From: Candidatus Magasanikiibacteriota bacterium
Lineage (GTDB): Bacteria > Patescibacteriota > Patescibacteriia > Magasanikbacterales > GWA2-37-8
DNA length: 64,000 bases
Direction: 5' to 3'
NCBI GenBank assembly: GCA_046590235.1
Contig: JBKJTY010000032.1
Span: forward strand, 6,834-70,833
Below, in pieces: positions 1 through 9,135 of the stretch (within the stretch, counting starts at the first letter, position 1; each line of letters opens with the position of its first letter). The notes under the pieces are model-generated. The model had not been told where the DNA came from. It searched no databases and saw only the letters and a program-made list of their open reading frames with translations. The translations under genes and the position numbers were made by a program.

Positions 1-263
1 CGTTTGGTCTTCGAGAGTGGGCGGCATTCCACAAACTTAACGGTTTCGCCAACTTTCGCAGTATTTTTTTCATCGTGTACGTGGTACTTCTTACTGACAC
101 GAAACTTCTTCTGGTATTTTTCGTTCATTTTCATCGCGTCAACGCGTACAGTAATAGTTTTCTGCATGCTTGTTGAAGTAACGGTACCGATAAAGGAGCG
201 TTCGTTTTTAACGACAACTTCTTTTACTGGTTGTTCTTTTTTTGTAACTTTCTTTTTTTCCAT
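1..263 (-). CDS. rpsQ: 30S ribosomal protein S17 (partial, runs off window start)
   Basis: RC of 1-263 translates MEKKKVTKKEQPVKEVVVKNERSFIGTVTS...KVGETVKFVECRPLSKTKR; ATG at 263-261; conserved L16-L29-S17 order; no stop in window so not in ORF track. Confidence 0.8.
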   Translation of the reverse strand, partial: MEKKKVTKKEQPVKEVVVKNERSFIGTVTSTSMQKTITVRVDAMKMNEKYQKKFRVSKKYHVHDEKNTAKVGETVKFVECRPLSKTK

Positions 264-274
264 AGTAATAAGTA

Positions 275-463
275 TTATTTCGCTCGGTTAGCTAAAAGCA
301 TTTTGATCTGAGCGATGGTTTTGCGCTTCAAGCCAAACTCATGGACTTGCTTGATCTGTTTTGTCTTCATTGCAAAGCGCAAGCCATGAAGTTCAGTTTC
401 GAGCTTAGCGAGTTCTTCTTTTAATTCGTTCTCGCCTTTGTTTTGTAAATCAGCAAAGTTCAT
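275..463 (-). CDS. rpmC: 50S ribosomal protein L29
   Basis: 62 aa, L29-like coiled-coil sequence, position between L16 and S17. Confidence 0.9.
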   Translation of the reverse strand: MNFADLQNKGENELKEELAKLETELHGLRFAMKTKQIKQVHEFGLKRKTIAQIKMLLANRAK

Positions 464-474
464 AGTAGTGAATG

Positions 475-891
475 TTAGCGTAACTTTTCAATAAACTTAG
501 TCTTGAGACCAAATTTATATCCGGCCATATCCATAGCTTCAACAGCTGATGCGCGTGGCACACCGACCATTTCAAAGAGGACTGTACCTGGTTTCACGAC
601 TGCAACGTAATGATCCGGAGCACCCTTACCACCACCCATAGGAGTTTCGTTACCTTTTTTGGTAACTGGCTTATCTGGGAAGATACGGATCCAAATCTTA
701 CCACCACGGCGGACGTAACGAGTCAACACACGGCGAGCAGCTTCAATTTGACGGCTGGTTACCCAACCATAACTCAAACTCTTTAAACCGCAATCACCGA
801 AATCAATCGAGTTGGCGCGAGTAGCGACGCCCTTTTGGCGACGGCGACCCTTGTGCCATTTACGGTGTTGTACTTTTTTAGGTAATAACAT
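475..891 (-). CDS. rplP: 50S ribosomal protein L16
   Basis: [18 protein letters not shown]... typical L16 N-terminus and length. Confidence 0.95.
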   Translation of the reverse strand: MLLPKKVQHRKWHKGRRRQKGVATRANSIDFGDCGLKSLSYGWVTSRQIEAARRVLTRYVRRGGKIWIRIFPDKPVTKKGNETPMGGGKGAPDHYVAVVKPGTVLFEMVGVPRASAVEAMDMAGYKFGLKTKFIEKLR

Positions 892-912
892 ATAAGCAAA
901 TCCTTAGGTCGA

Positions 913-1602
913 TTATTTATGCTTCTTGGTTTCTTCGGTCTCTTTCTTCGCGAACTTATCTTTCTTACCAAAGACTTCACCATTGTAAATCCAAACTTTA
1001 ACACCAATTTTACCTTGCAAAGTGTGTGCTTCCGCGAGAGCGTAATCAACATCACTGCGCATGGTGATCAAAGACATCTTACCTGCAGCGAGCATTTCGC
1101 GGCGAGCAATTTCAGCACCGTTCAAACGGCCGGACATCGCGATCTTCACACCCTTACCACCAGCTGCCATGACTTTTTCAATAGCTTGCTTCATGATGCG
1201 GCGGAATGGAAGACGTTTTTCAATGTCAGCTGCAGCATTCTGTGCAACGATAGCAGCAGATAATGCTGGTTGGTTGACAGGCTGGATGTTTAATTTAACT
1301 TTGACTTTAAATTGCAAAATCTTCTTTTCGATTTCCTTACGGATTACTTCGAGGCCTTCACCACCGCGACCGATCACCACGCCTGGCTTAGCTGCCAAGA
1401 TAGTAACCACAACTTCTTTTGAAGTGCGTTCAATACTAATTGCATCAACGCCTGCTTCTTTTAGTTTCTTTTCCAAGAATTCGCGGATAGCAATTTCTTG
1501 CTGCAAATACTGAGCGTATAATTCTCGTTTAGCGAACCAGCGAGAATCCCAAGGAAAGATAAATGGGGTGCGGTGAATTTTCGGATGGACTTTGTGACCC
1601 AT
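913..1602 (-). CDS. rpsC: 30S ribosomal protein S3
   Basis: MGHKVHPKIHR... KH domain pattern, 229 aa, operon position. Confidence 0.95.
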   Translation of the reverse strand: MGHKVHPKIHRTPFIFPWDSRWFAKRELYAQYLQQEIAIREFLEKKLKEAGVDAISIERTSKEVVVTILAAKPGVVIGRGGEGLEVIRKEIEKKILQFKVKVKLNIQPVNQPALSAAIVAQNAAADIEKRLPFRRIMKQAIEKVMAAGGKGVKIAMSGRLNGAEIARREMLAAGKMSLITMRSDVDYALAEAHTLQGKIGVKVWIYNGEVFGKKDKFAKKETEETKKHK

Positions 1603-1611
1603 AGGTAAAAA

Positions 1612-1998
1612 TTATTGTTTCTTAGACTTTGCTGGCGCCTTAGCAGTCTTCTCAGGTTTTGGGAAGCTAGCTAAAACCAAGCTGATGTGTGATGTGCGTT
1701 CTCGAACTGGAGTAGCACGGCCATGAGCTTTTGGCATGGAACGTTTAATCATTGGACCACCATCAACAGTGACTGTTTTGATCACTAAATCTTCTGCTTT
1801 ATAGGAGTGGTTGTGTTTTGCATTCGCAATTGCGGATGACAAAACTTTGGCCATGATTTTAGCAGTCTTTTTGTTGATAACTGCCAAGTTATCCATAGCA
1901 CGAGCGACGCGCTTACCTCGAATCAAATCAGCGATCAAACGCATGCGGCGAGGAGAAGAGCGAACGTAGTTTAATTGTGCGGTTACTTCCGTGTTCAT
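1612..1998 (-). CDS. rplV: 50S ribosomal protein L22
   Basis: SSPRRMRLIADLIRGK motif typical of L22. Confidence 0.95.
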   Translation of the reverse strand: MNTEVTAQLNYVRSSPRRMRLIADLIRGKRVARAMDNLAVINKKTAKIMAKVLSSAIANAKHNHSYKAEDLVIKTVTVDGGPMIKRSMPKAHGRATPVRERTSHISLVLASFPKPEKTAKAPAKSKKQ

Positions 1999-2008
1999 AC
2001 GCTATAGA

Positions 2009-2329
2009 TTATTTTTTAGCGGCTGGAGCAGCGGCAGCAGGTGCTGCAGCTTTTGCATCGTCCTTCTGCATCTTACCACCGTGACGAATGAATTTACGTG
2101 TTGGTGAAAATTCGCCTAAGCGATGACCAACCATATTTTCATCACATAAAACAGTGAGAAAATCCTTGCCGTTGTGTACCAAAAAGGTAACACCGACCAT
2201 TTCTGGAGAAATGACGCAAGCGCGGGACCAGGTTTTAATAGAGCCACGTTTACCACTCTTTTTAAGCGCTTCAACTTTCTTGATAACGCGAGGGTCAATG
2301 TAGGCACCTTTTTTTTGACTTCGTGACAT
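2009..2329 (-). CDS. rpsS: 30S ribosomal protein S19 (Ala/Lys-rich C-terminal tail)
   Basis: [12 protein letters not shown]...[14 protein letters not shown]...HNGK matches S19. Confidence 0.95.
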   Translation of the reverse strand: MSRSQKKGAYIDPRVIKKVEALKKSGKRGSIKTWSRACVISPEMVGVTFLVHNGKDFLTVLCDENMVGHRLGEFSPTRKFIRHGGKMQKDDAKAAAPAAAAPAAKK

Positions 2330-2339
2330 AGGTTATATA

Positions 2340-3191
2340 TTAGGCAAGCGAGTTCTTGGAACGACGGGATTGAATAATGAACTTGTCGCTCCACTTTTTT
2401 GGCTTACGGGTTTTAACACCGCGAGCTGGTTTACCGTATACAGTTTGTGGACCACGTTTCTGACCGATAGGACTATGGCCTTCACCACCACCGTGCGGGT
2501 GATCAACAGGGTTCATATTCTTACCTTTAACAGTTGGTTTGATACCACGGTGACGCATGCGACCTGCTTTACCCCAGCGGATCAAGCGGCGGTCTGGGTT
2601 AGAGAGCACACCGATTGTTGCCATACATTCTTTAATGATGGAACGAGTTTCGCCGGATGGTAAACGGATTTGAGCGTATTCACCTTCTGTACCAATGAGC
2701 TGAGCTGAAAGACCAGCACCACGAGCCAACTGACCACCTTTACCAGGAGTCATTTCAACGTTGAAGATGAAGAGACCAACTGGAATGTTTTTGAGTGGCA
2801 TGCGGTTGCCGGATTTTGCTTCAATAGTACCTGCGGATGAGCGAACGACTTCGCCAACTTTCAACGCTTCTGGAGCCAAGATATAAGACTTGGTACTATC
2901 AGTGTATTGAATCAAAGCGATGCGAGCACCACGGTTTGGATCGTATTCAATTGCCAAAACAGTAGCGTCCATGTCGTATTTGTTCTGCTTGAAATCTACC
3001 AAGCGGTAGTATTTCTTTGCGCCACCACTCTTGTGGCGAACAGTGATAACACCTTGGTTATTGCGACCAGAATGTGGTTGCAAAAACTCTACCAGACTTT
3101 TTTCTGGTTCCCATTTGGTAATATCTGCAAACGTGTCGGAGCTGGAGTTGCGGCGACCCGGTGATGTTGGTTTGTAAACTTTAATCGGCAT
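2340..3191 (-). CDS. rplB: 50S ribosomal protein L2
   Basis: MPIKVYKPTSPGRR..., GGGEGHSPIGQ motif. Confidence 0.95.
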   Translation of the reverse strand: MPIKVYKPTSPGRRNSSSDTFADITKWEPEKSLVEFLQPHSGRNNQGVITVRHKSGGAKKYYRLVDFKQNKYDMDATVLAIEYDPNRGARIALIQYTDSTKSYILAPEALKVGEVVRSSAGTIEAKSGNRMPLKNIPVGLFIFNVEMTPGKGGQLARGAGLSAQLIGTEGEYAQIRLPSGETRSIIKECMATIGVLSNPDRRLIRWGKAGRMRHRGIKPTVKGKNMNPVDHPHGGGEGHSPIGQKRGPQTVYGKPARGVKTRKPKKWSDKFIIQSRRSKNSLA

Positions 3192-3202
3192 ACTTTTGTA
3201 GA

Positions 3203-3637
3203 TTAGACACCTTCATGAATCGTAATCGTCTTACCTTTAGGAAGGGTGACAATAGCTTTTTTCATATCAGCTTTTCGGCCCAAGTTTTTGCCAAAGCGGA
3301 CGCGGTGACCTTCGACGTTAACAACGTTAACGGCAATCGGATCAACATTATATAATTCTTTGATCGCCACTTTAACTTGGTTCTTCTTCGCAGAAGCAGG
3401 AACGATAAAGGTATATTTGTTGTTTGTACTTTGTGCTAATGCTGCTTTTTCAGTAACAACCGGGCGGAGCAAAATAGTGTGAGCAGTCTTTGCAGTGGTA
3501 GCGGTAGTTGTAGCAACAACTTCAGTTTCAGCTTTTGGCGCTGCCTTTTTGGTAGCACGAGCTTTCTTTGGAGCTGCAGCTTTTACTTCGCTAGCTGGTT
3601 TAGCTGTCTTTTTTGAAATGCGGTCGATGATTCCCAT
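3203..3637 (-). CDS. rplW: 50S ribosomal protein L23 with Lys/Ala-rich N-terminal extension
   Basis: C-terminal 95 aa L23-like; operon position between L4 and L2. Confidence 0.85.
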   Translation of the reverse strand: MGIIDRISKKTAKPASEVKAAAPKKARATKKAAPKAETEVVATTTATTAKTAHTILLRPVVTEKAALAQSTNNKYTFIVPASAKKNQVKVAIKELYNVDPIAVNVVNVEGHRVRFGKNLGRKADMKKAIVTLPKGKTITIHEGV

Positions 3638-3646
3638 AATCGTTCA

Positions 3647-4276
3647 TTATTTAATAAGAACCTCTTCCAACTTCTTCAAACCTTCAACACTAGTGATAAT
3701 AGCTTGCTTGGAAAGAAGTGATGCAACGTTTGCATCTTCTGCGCGCATTGTATCAACTTTTTTCAAGTTGCTAGTCATGCGGAGCACTTTCGCGTCCTTA
3801 CCTGGGGTAAGAATCAAGAAACTGTGTTGCTTAGCTGGAAGCGCTTTTAACAACGCTACAAAATCTTTAGTTTTAGGTTCAGCAAATCCGAAATTTTCAA
3901 GAATCCACAAGGAACCATTTTGTGCTTTGTCGGACAATACCATCTTGGTAGCCAAACGGCGGGTTTTCTTGTTAATTTTTGTTTTATAGTTGCGTTCAGC
4001 TTTTGGACCAAAAGTCACGCCGCCGCCCTTCCAAATTGGAGAACGTGTGGAACCGTGACGTGCGCGGCCTGTACCTTTTTGTTGCCATGGTTTTTTACCA
4101 CCACCGCGAACATCGCCGCGGCCTTTAGTATCAGCCCATGATTCACGAGCGTTGTTTGTCTGAGCGACAAAAACTTCGTGGACAACTTCTGGTCTAACGG
4201 CAACATTAAAAATGTCATCGTTCAAAGCGACGTCGCCTTTTTCTTTACCAGCTAATGTGTAAACGGTAAGTTTCAT
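3647..4276 (-). CDS. rplD: 50S ribosomal protein L4
   Basis: L4-like GTGRAR/WQQKGTGRARHGS region; start moved to internal ATG (MKLTVY) at 4276 to avoid overlap with rplC. Confidence 0.9.
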   Translation of the reverse strand: MKLTVYTLAGKEKGDVALNDDIFNVAVRPEVVHEVFVAQTNNARESWADTKGRGDVRGGGKKPWQQKGTGRARHGSTRSPIWKGGGVTFGPKAERNYKTKINKKTRRLATKMVLSDKAQNGSLWILENFGFAEPKTKDFVALLKALPAKQHSFLILTPGKDAKVLRMTSNLKKVDTMRAEDANVASLLSKQAIITSVEGLKKLEEVLIK

Positions 4277-4292
4277 ATATGTATAGTGGTGA

Positions 4293-4976
4293 TTATGCAG
4301 CTGCTGGAGCATTTTCTGCAGGTTGTGCTGCTACAGGAGCTGACTTCTTTGCAATCTTTAATTCACCAACACCTTGGATGATGAGTAAACCATTTTTACC
4401 ACCTGGAACTGCACCCTTAATGAGGAGTTCGTTAGTAGCTGGATCTACTGCAACAATTTCTAAATTTTTAACAGTAACGCGATCGCCACCCATACGGCCA
4501 GCCATACGCATACCTTTGAAAACGCGTTGCACACCACCGGCACCGATAGAACCTGGAGCACGGAGATCGTGTTTGTGACCGTGAGTTGCAGGAGCACCAC
4601 GGAAATGGTGACGCTTAACAACACCGGCAAAACCTTTACCTTTTGATGTACCGATAACTTCAACAACATCACCTGGGACAAATGTGTCTACAGTAATGAA
4701 GTCGCCGCGTTCGATACCATCAACTTTTTCCATACCGAATTCGCGCAAATCTTGCACGGCTTCGAGGCCTTTTACGTGACCAGCGTGAGGTTTACTCATG
4801 CGGAATTCACGCATTTCGCCAAAACCAACTTGGAGCGAAACTTGGTTATCTTTCGTTCCATCCTTTACTTGCGTGACCTGGCAAGGTCCTGCGAGAACTT
4901 TGGTAACTGGAATTACGTCACCGTTCTGGCCGAAAACTTGAGTCATGCCTACTTTTTTTCCGAGAATGAATTTCAT
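4293..4976 (-). CDS. rplC: 50S ribosomal protein L3
   Basis: MKFILGKKVGMTQVF matches L3 N-terminus; ORF-track start at 5027 is probably upstream of the real start. Confidence 0.9.
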   Translation of the reverse strand: MKFILGKKVGMTQVFGQNGDVIPVTKVLAGPCQVTQVKDGTKDNQVSLQVGFGEMREFRMSKPHAGHVKGLEAVQDLREFGMEKVDGIERGDFITVDTFVPGDVVEVIGTSKGKGFAGVVKRHHFRGAPATHGHKHDLRAPGSIGAGGVQRVFKGMRMAGRMGGDRVTVKNLEIVAVDPATNELLIKGAVPGGKNGLLIIQGVGELKIAKKSAPVAAQPAENAPAAA

Positions 4977-5029
4977 ACAAGTAATTAAATACATTGTTCC
5001 TACCCCGGGTTTTTCGTAAAGGAACACCT

Positions 5030-5290
5030 CAGCATCTTTGTAGAGATGTCCATCGGCGAATTACCGCGGTAGCTTTTCAATGTGAACAGACTCTTAATTC
5101 TACTTAACAAAAAACTAGAAGCGCTGACACTGAGAGAAACTCAGTCCTGACGCCTCTAGCCTTCCTCGACCGCCGAAGCTTAAGCGAAGGAGGTCCCATT
5201 GTAAGGGCACCTTGCTATAACTTGTTAGGTCACGTCAACAGAAACCTGCGACGCAGAATGGCTTTTTGTAGTAAAATGTTAAGTTAATTC
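5030..5290. ncRNA. Candidate structured RNA or leader in the unusually long rpsJ-rplC spacer (identity unresolved)
   Basis: ~400 nt non-coding gap inside a normally tight operon; 5040-5290 is GC-elevated with several imperfect helices (5126-5147 actgag/ctcagt; ccttcctcg...cgaaggagg; ctgcgacgcag); no ORF >=60 aa on the coding strand. Confidence 0.25.
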
Positions 5291-5434
5291 TCCTGAAAAT
5301 AAAGCTATCCGGTTTAAATGTTTTCTTGGCTAAGATTAGCCTAAGATCTTATTTACTGAAAAGCATTATTTTTACGTAGTTCGAGTATACCTCGTATCAA
5401 CGTATTTGTCAATACCTAGCCTAAAAGCTAGACA

Positions 5435-5782
5435 TTACATTTTGATTTCGATATCAACACCAGCTGGAAGGCTGAGACTCATCAATGCGTCAACACACTT
5501 TGGGTTAGCATTCATGATATCTACCAAACGCTTGTGGACGCGCATTTCGAACTGTTCACGAGCGTCTTTGTGGACGAAAGTAGAACGGTTAACAGTGAAT
5601 TTCACCTTTTCGGTTGGGAGTGGTACTGGACCAACTACCTGTGCGTCGTGGCGTGTAGCTGTTTCAACAATTGTCTTCGTTGCTTGGTCGATAATACGGT
5701 TATCGTAAGCGCGGATTTTGATGCGAATACGGCTGCCTGCTTCTTCTTTCTTGGTTTGGGTTGTTTTTGCTGCAGTAGACAT
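5435..5782 (-). CDS. rpsJ: 30S ribosomal protein S10
   Basis: [14 protein letters not shown]...[14 protein letters not shown] typical of S10. Confidence 0.95.
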   Translation of the reverse strand: MSTAAKTTQTKKEEAGSRIRIKIRAYDNRIIDQATKTIVETATRHDAQVVGPVPLPTEKVKFTVNRSTFVHKDAREQFEMRVHKRLVDIMNANPKCVDALMSLSLPAGVDIEIKM

Positions 5783-5797
5783 GTTATTTAATTAAAG

Positions 5798-5832
5798 AAC
5801 ATTAATGAACAAAACCAAGGGGGCCACTTTTC
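5798..5832 (-). terminator. Hairpin plus U-run between tuf and rpsJ (possible attenuator/terminator)
   Basis: minus strand: tgggggtcgctgaaaagtggccccc followed by ttggttttgttc. Confidence 0.4.
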
Positions 5833-5849
5833 AGCGACCCCCATGATCC

Positions 5850-7040
5850 TTATTTTGTAATTTTAACAACGACACCTGAACCAACTGTGCGTCCACCTTC
5901 GCGGATAGCAAAGTTCATCTTTTCTTCGATAGCAACTGGAACGATGAGTTTAACCTTGATAGACACGTTGTCACCAGGCATAACCATTTCAACACCAGCT
6001 GGGAGTTCGATTTCACCAGTTACATCAGTTGTGCGGATGTAGAACTGTGGTTTGTAACCCTTGAAGAAAGGTTTGTGGCGACCACCTTCGTCTTTTGTCA
6101 AAACGTAGATTTCACCATCAAATTCAGTGTGAGCTTTAGCAGTACCAGTCTTAGCTAAGACCATACCACGTTCAACTTCTTCTTTCTTTGTACCACGGAG
6201 CAAGATACCTGCGTTATCACCAGCTTGACCTTCTTTCAACTGTTTGTTGAACATTTCAATACCAGTAACGACAGTTTTCATGTTGTCTTCGCGGAGACCA
6301 ACGATTTCGATTTCGTCGTTGATTTTGATCATACCACGTTCGATACGACCTGTTACCACAGTACCACGGCCTTCAATAGAGAAGACATCTTCAACTGGCA
6401 TGAGGAAAGGTTTATCAGTAGCGCGAACTGGTTCTGGGATGAATTCATCACAAGCTTTCATGAGATCCAAAATTGGCTTGGAAGCTGCTTCATCAGTTGG
6501 GTTAGCCAACGCTTTTGAAGAAGAACCGCGGATAACTGGCACTTTGTCGCCAGGGAAGCCGTATTTAGTCAACAAATCACGAACTTCAGCCTCAACGAGG
6601 TCAATGAGTTCAGGGTCAGAAACCATGTCAACTTTGTTCAAGTAGACAACGATTGTAGGCACACCAACCTGTTTAGCAAGCAAGATGTGTTCGCGAGTCT
6701 GAGGCATAGGACCATCAGCTGCTGAAACAACGAGGATAGCACCGTCCATCTGAGCTGCACCAGTGATCATGTTTTTAACATAGTCAGCGTGGCCAGGACA
6801 GTCAACGTGTGCGTAGTGTCGCTTATCTGTTTCGTATTCTACGTGAGCGGTAGAAATGGTAATACCACGAGCTTTTGACTCAGGACTCTTGTCGAGACCA
6901 TCAACGCCAATATCTTTAGCACTGCCTCCGCGGGAGGAGAGCACTTTCAAGATAGCTGCGGTGGTAGTGGTTTTGCCGTGGTCGACGTGACCAATGGTAC
7001 CAATATTCACGTGTGGTTTGGACCGAATAAAATCAGCCAT
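5850..7040 (-). CDS. tuf: Elongation factor Tu
   Basis: [25 protein letters not shown]..., 396 aa, unmistakable EF-Tu. Confidence 0.97.
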   Translation of the reverse strand: MADFIRSKPHVNIGTIGHVDHGKTTTTAAILKVLSSRGGSAKDIGVDGLDKSPESKARGITISTAHVEYETDKRHYAHVDCPGHADYVKNMITGAAQMDGAILVVSAADGPMPQTREHILLAKQVGVPTIVVYLNKVDMVSDPELIDLVEAEVRDLLTKYGFPGDKVPVIRGSSSKALANPTDEAASKPILDLMKACDEFIPEPVRATDKPFLMPVEDVFSIEGRGTVVTGRIERGMIKINDEIEIVGLREDNMKTVVTGIEMFNKQLKEGQAGDNAGILLRGTKKEEVERGMVLAKTGTAKAHTEFDGEIYVLTKDEGGRHKPFFKGYKPQFYIRTTDVTGEIELPAGVEMVMPGDNVSIKVKLIVPVAIEEKMNFAIREGGRTVGSGVVVKITK

Positions 7041-7156
7041 ACAAATATATATCGCGACACTGTCCCGAGTGGTCGGTCCAGATTTGTTTCCCAGTCGCTT
7101 TTTTTATGATTTTTGAAAAAAATAGTTGCTAAATCTCACTTAGAATTAGCGAGTCG

Positions 7157-7185
7157 ATTATAACAGAAAGCCTCTATCTTGGCAA
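7157..7185 (-). promoter_or_regulatory. sigma70-like promoter upstream of tuf (TTGCCA-17-TATAAT on minus strand)
   Basis: minus-strand ttgccaagatagaggctttctgttataat. Confidence 0.4.
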
Positions 7186-7226
7186 GAGCTTACCCATGTG
7201 GACAAGCTGTGGGTTGAATACGTTTT

Positions 7227-7652
7227 TTACTCAACTGGTTCTAAATAAAACTTTTCCTCTTCACCATCGTTCGGTACGTCAGCCAAATTTTCTTCGTTTT
7301 CTTGGCGAACTACTGGCGTTTCTCTTACTTCTGGTAAAGGTTCTAAATGCGGTTCAGACTCAATGGTTGGCGCCTTCCCAGCATTTCCCACTTCCCCGAC
7401 TTCTGTCGGAACCTGTGGCATCACTTCCACTTTTGGCTCTTTTTCCTGCGTATCGATCAGATCATCGAGCACATAGTCATGCAGACTGTCGTCGTCGGAA
7501 TCTTTTGGATCGTCTTGAACACTAATCATATCCTCATACTGGTTGAGGTTCATCATCATGAAGACATCATCACTTTCCATATCCATCACAAAAGCCTTGT
7601 CCCCTGTCGCACGCATTACGCTGAGCATTCGTTGCAATTGTTTCTCGCGCAT
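7227..7652 (-). CDS. Hypothetical highly acidic protein (islet 1, gene D)
   Basis: 141 aa, D/E-rich (DDPKDSDDDSLHDYVLDDLID), no recognisable domain; higher GC than flanks. Confidence 0.6.
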   Translation of the reverse strand: MREKQLQRMLSVMRATGDKAFVMDMESDDVFMMMNLNQYEDMISVQDDPKDSDDDSLHDYVLDDLIDTQEKEPKVEVMPQVPTEVGEVGNAGKAPTIESEPHLEPLPEVRETPVVRQENEENLADVPNDGEEEKFYLEPVE

Positions 7653-7736
7653 ACCTCAAAAAATTAGTTTACAAGCCTCTTATAATTAACACATGTATTT
7701 CGTCCCGTCAATACAGAGACGAACAGCCGAACGCAA

Positions 7737-8054
7737 TTAATCGCGTTCGGCATTTTCCCCTTCTTGTAATAGTGTTGTTTCCTCCTTTTTTTCCTCTACC
7801 CAGAGTCCGCGCAATTTAAGCGCGATTAGAATAGTTTCCCACTCATGATACCAGGTCGCCTGATTAAACCTCGTTTGTTCCTCTTCCGGTGGAAGAAGGA
7901 CAAACATGAGTTTTATTTCAGCAGTCATTACGAGCCGATGACCGCTTTCCTCGTGCTTCATCGTGTACGGATCTATGCGGTAGGCAAAGGTCCACCCTGC
8001 TTGCATAAGCTTTATCCGAAACTCTCTGAACTGATCATTGAGCCTACGCCGCAT
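7737..8054 (-). CDS. Hypothetical protein (islet 1, gene C)
   Basis: 105 aa ORF, AGGAGG SD 6 nt upstream of ATG, GC-richer codon usage. Confidence 0.6.
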   Translation of the reverse strand: MRRRLNDQFREFRIKLMQAGWTFAYRIDPYTMKHEESGHRLVMTAEIKLMFVLLPPEEEQTRFNQATWYHEWETILIALKLRGLWVEEKKEETTLLQEGENAERD

Positions 8055-8147
8055 GACGTCCTCCTGGTGAGTGGTAAGCGTGGCATAATTTTACTCTTTT
8101 ATACTGCAAAGTCAATGTATAAAAGATAAAGCTGCAATCAAATTTTG

Positions 8148-8193
8148 TATAAAAAGAAAGCGACCCCGGTTCGTTGTAAGACGTACCGGGGTC
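8148..8193 (-). terminator. Rho-independent terminator after islet gene B
   Basis: minus strand gaccccgg-loop-ccggggtc followed by gctttctttttat. Confidence 0.6.
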
Positions 8194-8226
8194 GAATGTT
8201 CACTGACACTTCTTTAAGTGTGTTCG

Positions 8227-8634
8227 CTAATGCTTGGTTGGAGAAGTCGGGGTGAATCCACCAGGGATCCGCCCATCCTCGATGCCGAGCTCTTCATCGC
8301 TCGGACTGCCGAGAGGTGTGATCTCAATAGTCACGTCATCGGTGAACTTGAAGTTGAATGACAGAGTCAGGTATGGTCCCATTACCTCTGCCTTATCGAG
8401 CACGGTAAATTCATCGATCTTCACCAGACTCTTATTGATCTCGAGGCGTTCGGTGGCCCCATTGCCGAAGATGAAGTCGATCACCACATCGTCGGGCTTT
8501 TCGTCCGGTTGCGGCGCTGGCCAGCCGGTGATGGAAATTTTGATCTGCCTCTTGTCCTCGCTGAAGATGAAACCTTCGTTGCTACGAAACCATACAACGC
8601 GTCCGCCTTCAACACGAAAACGTGTTCCAATCAT
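8227..8634 (-). CDS. Hypothetical protein (islet 1, gene B)
   Basis: 135 aa; ~53% GC with GGC/CCG/CGC-rich codons unlike the ribosomal genes; AGGAGA SD. Confidence 0.65.
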   Translation of the reverse strand: MIGTRFRVEGGRVVWFRSNEGFIFSEDKRQIKISITGWPAPQPDEKPDDVVIDFIFGNGATERLEINKSLVKIDEFTVLDKAEVMGPYLTLSFNFKFTDDVTIEITPLGSPSDEELGIEDGRIPGGFTPTSPTKH

Positions 8635-8726
8635 ATTCTTCTCCTGTTTACAGTGAACCGAAAGCCCACAATGTTGGGGACCATCCCCGAGTTGTAGAGC
8701 TATCAGCGGCTGTAAAGGAACAGTGG

Positions 8727-8756
8727 ATTATACACCTTTTTAGCGCTTTTGTCAAG
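8727..8756 (-). promoter_or_regulatory. Consensus sigma70 promoter for islet gene B (cTTGACAaaag-17-TATAAT)
   Basis: minus strand cttgacaaaagcgctaaaaaggtgtataatcc. Confidence 0.55.
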
Positions 8757-8763
8757 ATATACA

Positions 8764-8800
8764 CCTAAAAATGAAGCGCCACGCAGGATGAGTGCGTGGC
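8764..8800 (-). terminator. Terminator after islet gene A
   Basis: minus strand gccacgcactcatcctgcgtggc followed by gcttcatttttagg. Confidence 0.5.
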
Positions 8801-9025
8801 TTAGTGCTTCACTGTGTGATGGGTGGACTTGCGGCGGGAACGTCTTACTCCTCGTTCATTTTTCGGTGAAGTAAACTTTTCCATCTCCTGGAAAAGTGCG
8901 AGCGTAGCCGCATGGCACGCAAGCTCTTCGTCACCGACTTCGAAAATCATGTCATCCAGGATTTTGGATCCGATAGTTGCAGCGTGCCTAAACGCTTTTA
9001 TTTTCCGAGCAGTACTCGTTTCCAT
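8801..9025 (-). CDS. Hypothetical small protein (islet 1, gene A)
   Basis: Start placed at METSTARK (ATG 9025) because AGGAGG lies 7 nt upstream; 74 aa; own TTGACG-17-TATGCT promoter at 9058-9086. Confidence 0.55.
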   Translation of the reverse strand: METSTARKIKAFRHAATIGSKILDDMIFEVGDEELACHAATLALFQEMEKFTSPKNERGVRRSRRKSTHHTVKH

Positions 9026-9084
9026 AAGGATCCTCCTTTCACAGTGAACGTATCTGGAGCATACCACGGGTTTTTAGAGACGTC

Positions 9085-9123
9085 AAAAAATAAAAAACAC
9101 TCCCGAGCGGGAGTGTTTTGTTT
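9085..9123 (-). terminator. Bidirectional hairpin terminator at fusA 3' end
   Basis: cactcccgagcgggagtg flanked by A-run and T-run. Confidence 0.65.
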
Positions 9124-9135
9124 GAACTGTAAAGA

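Noticed and set aside
4-291. Plus-strand 95-aa ORF
   Set aside because: Lies antisense to the partial rpsQ and rpmC genes and has low-complexity, non-protein-like composition; it is the shadow of the ribosomal genes
919-1513. Plus-strand ORFs 919-1263 and 1061-1513 (and similar antisense ORFs through 2370-4578, 6225-6645, 9160-10512)
   Set aside because: All are antisense to unmistakable ribosomal-protein or elongation-factor genes
5030-5290. Attempt to call the rpsJ-rplC spacer as RNase P RNA, SRP RNA or tmRNA
   Set aside because: Could not find GGAAAGUCCGG-type RNase P motifs, a convincing SRP domain IV (GGAA tetraloop context) or a tRNA-like 3' end with ALAA tag ORF; left as unresolved structured RNA candidate
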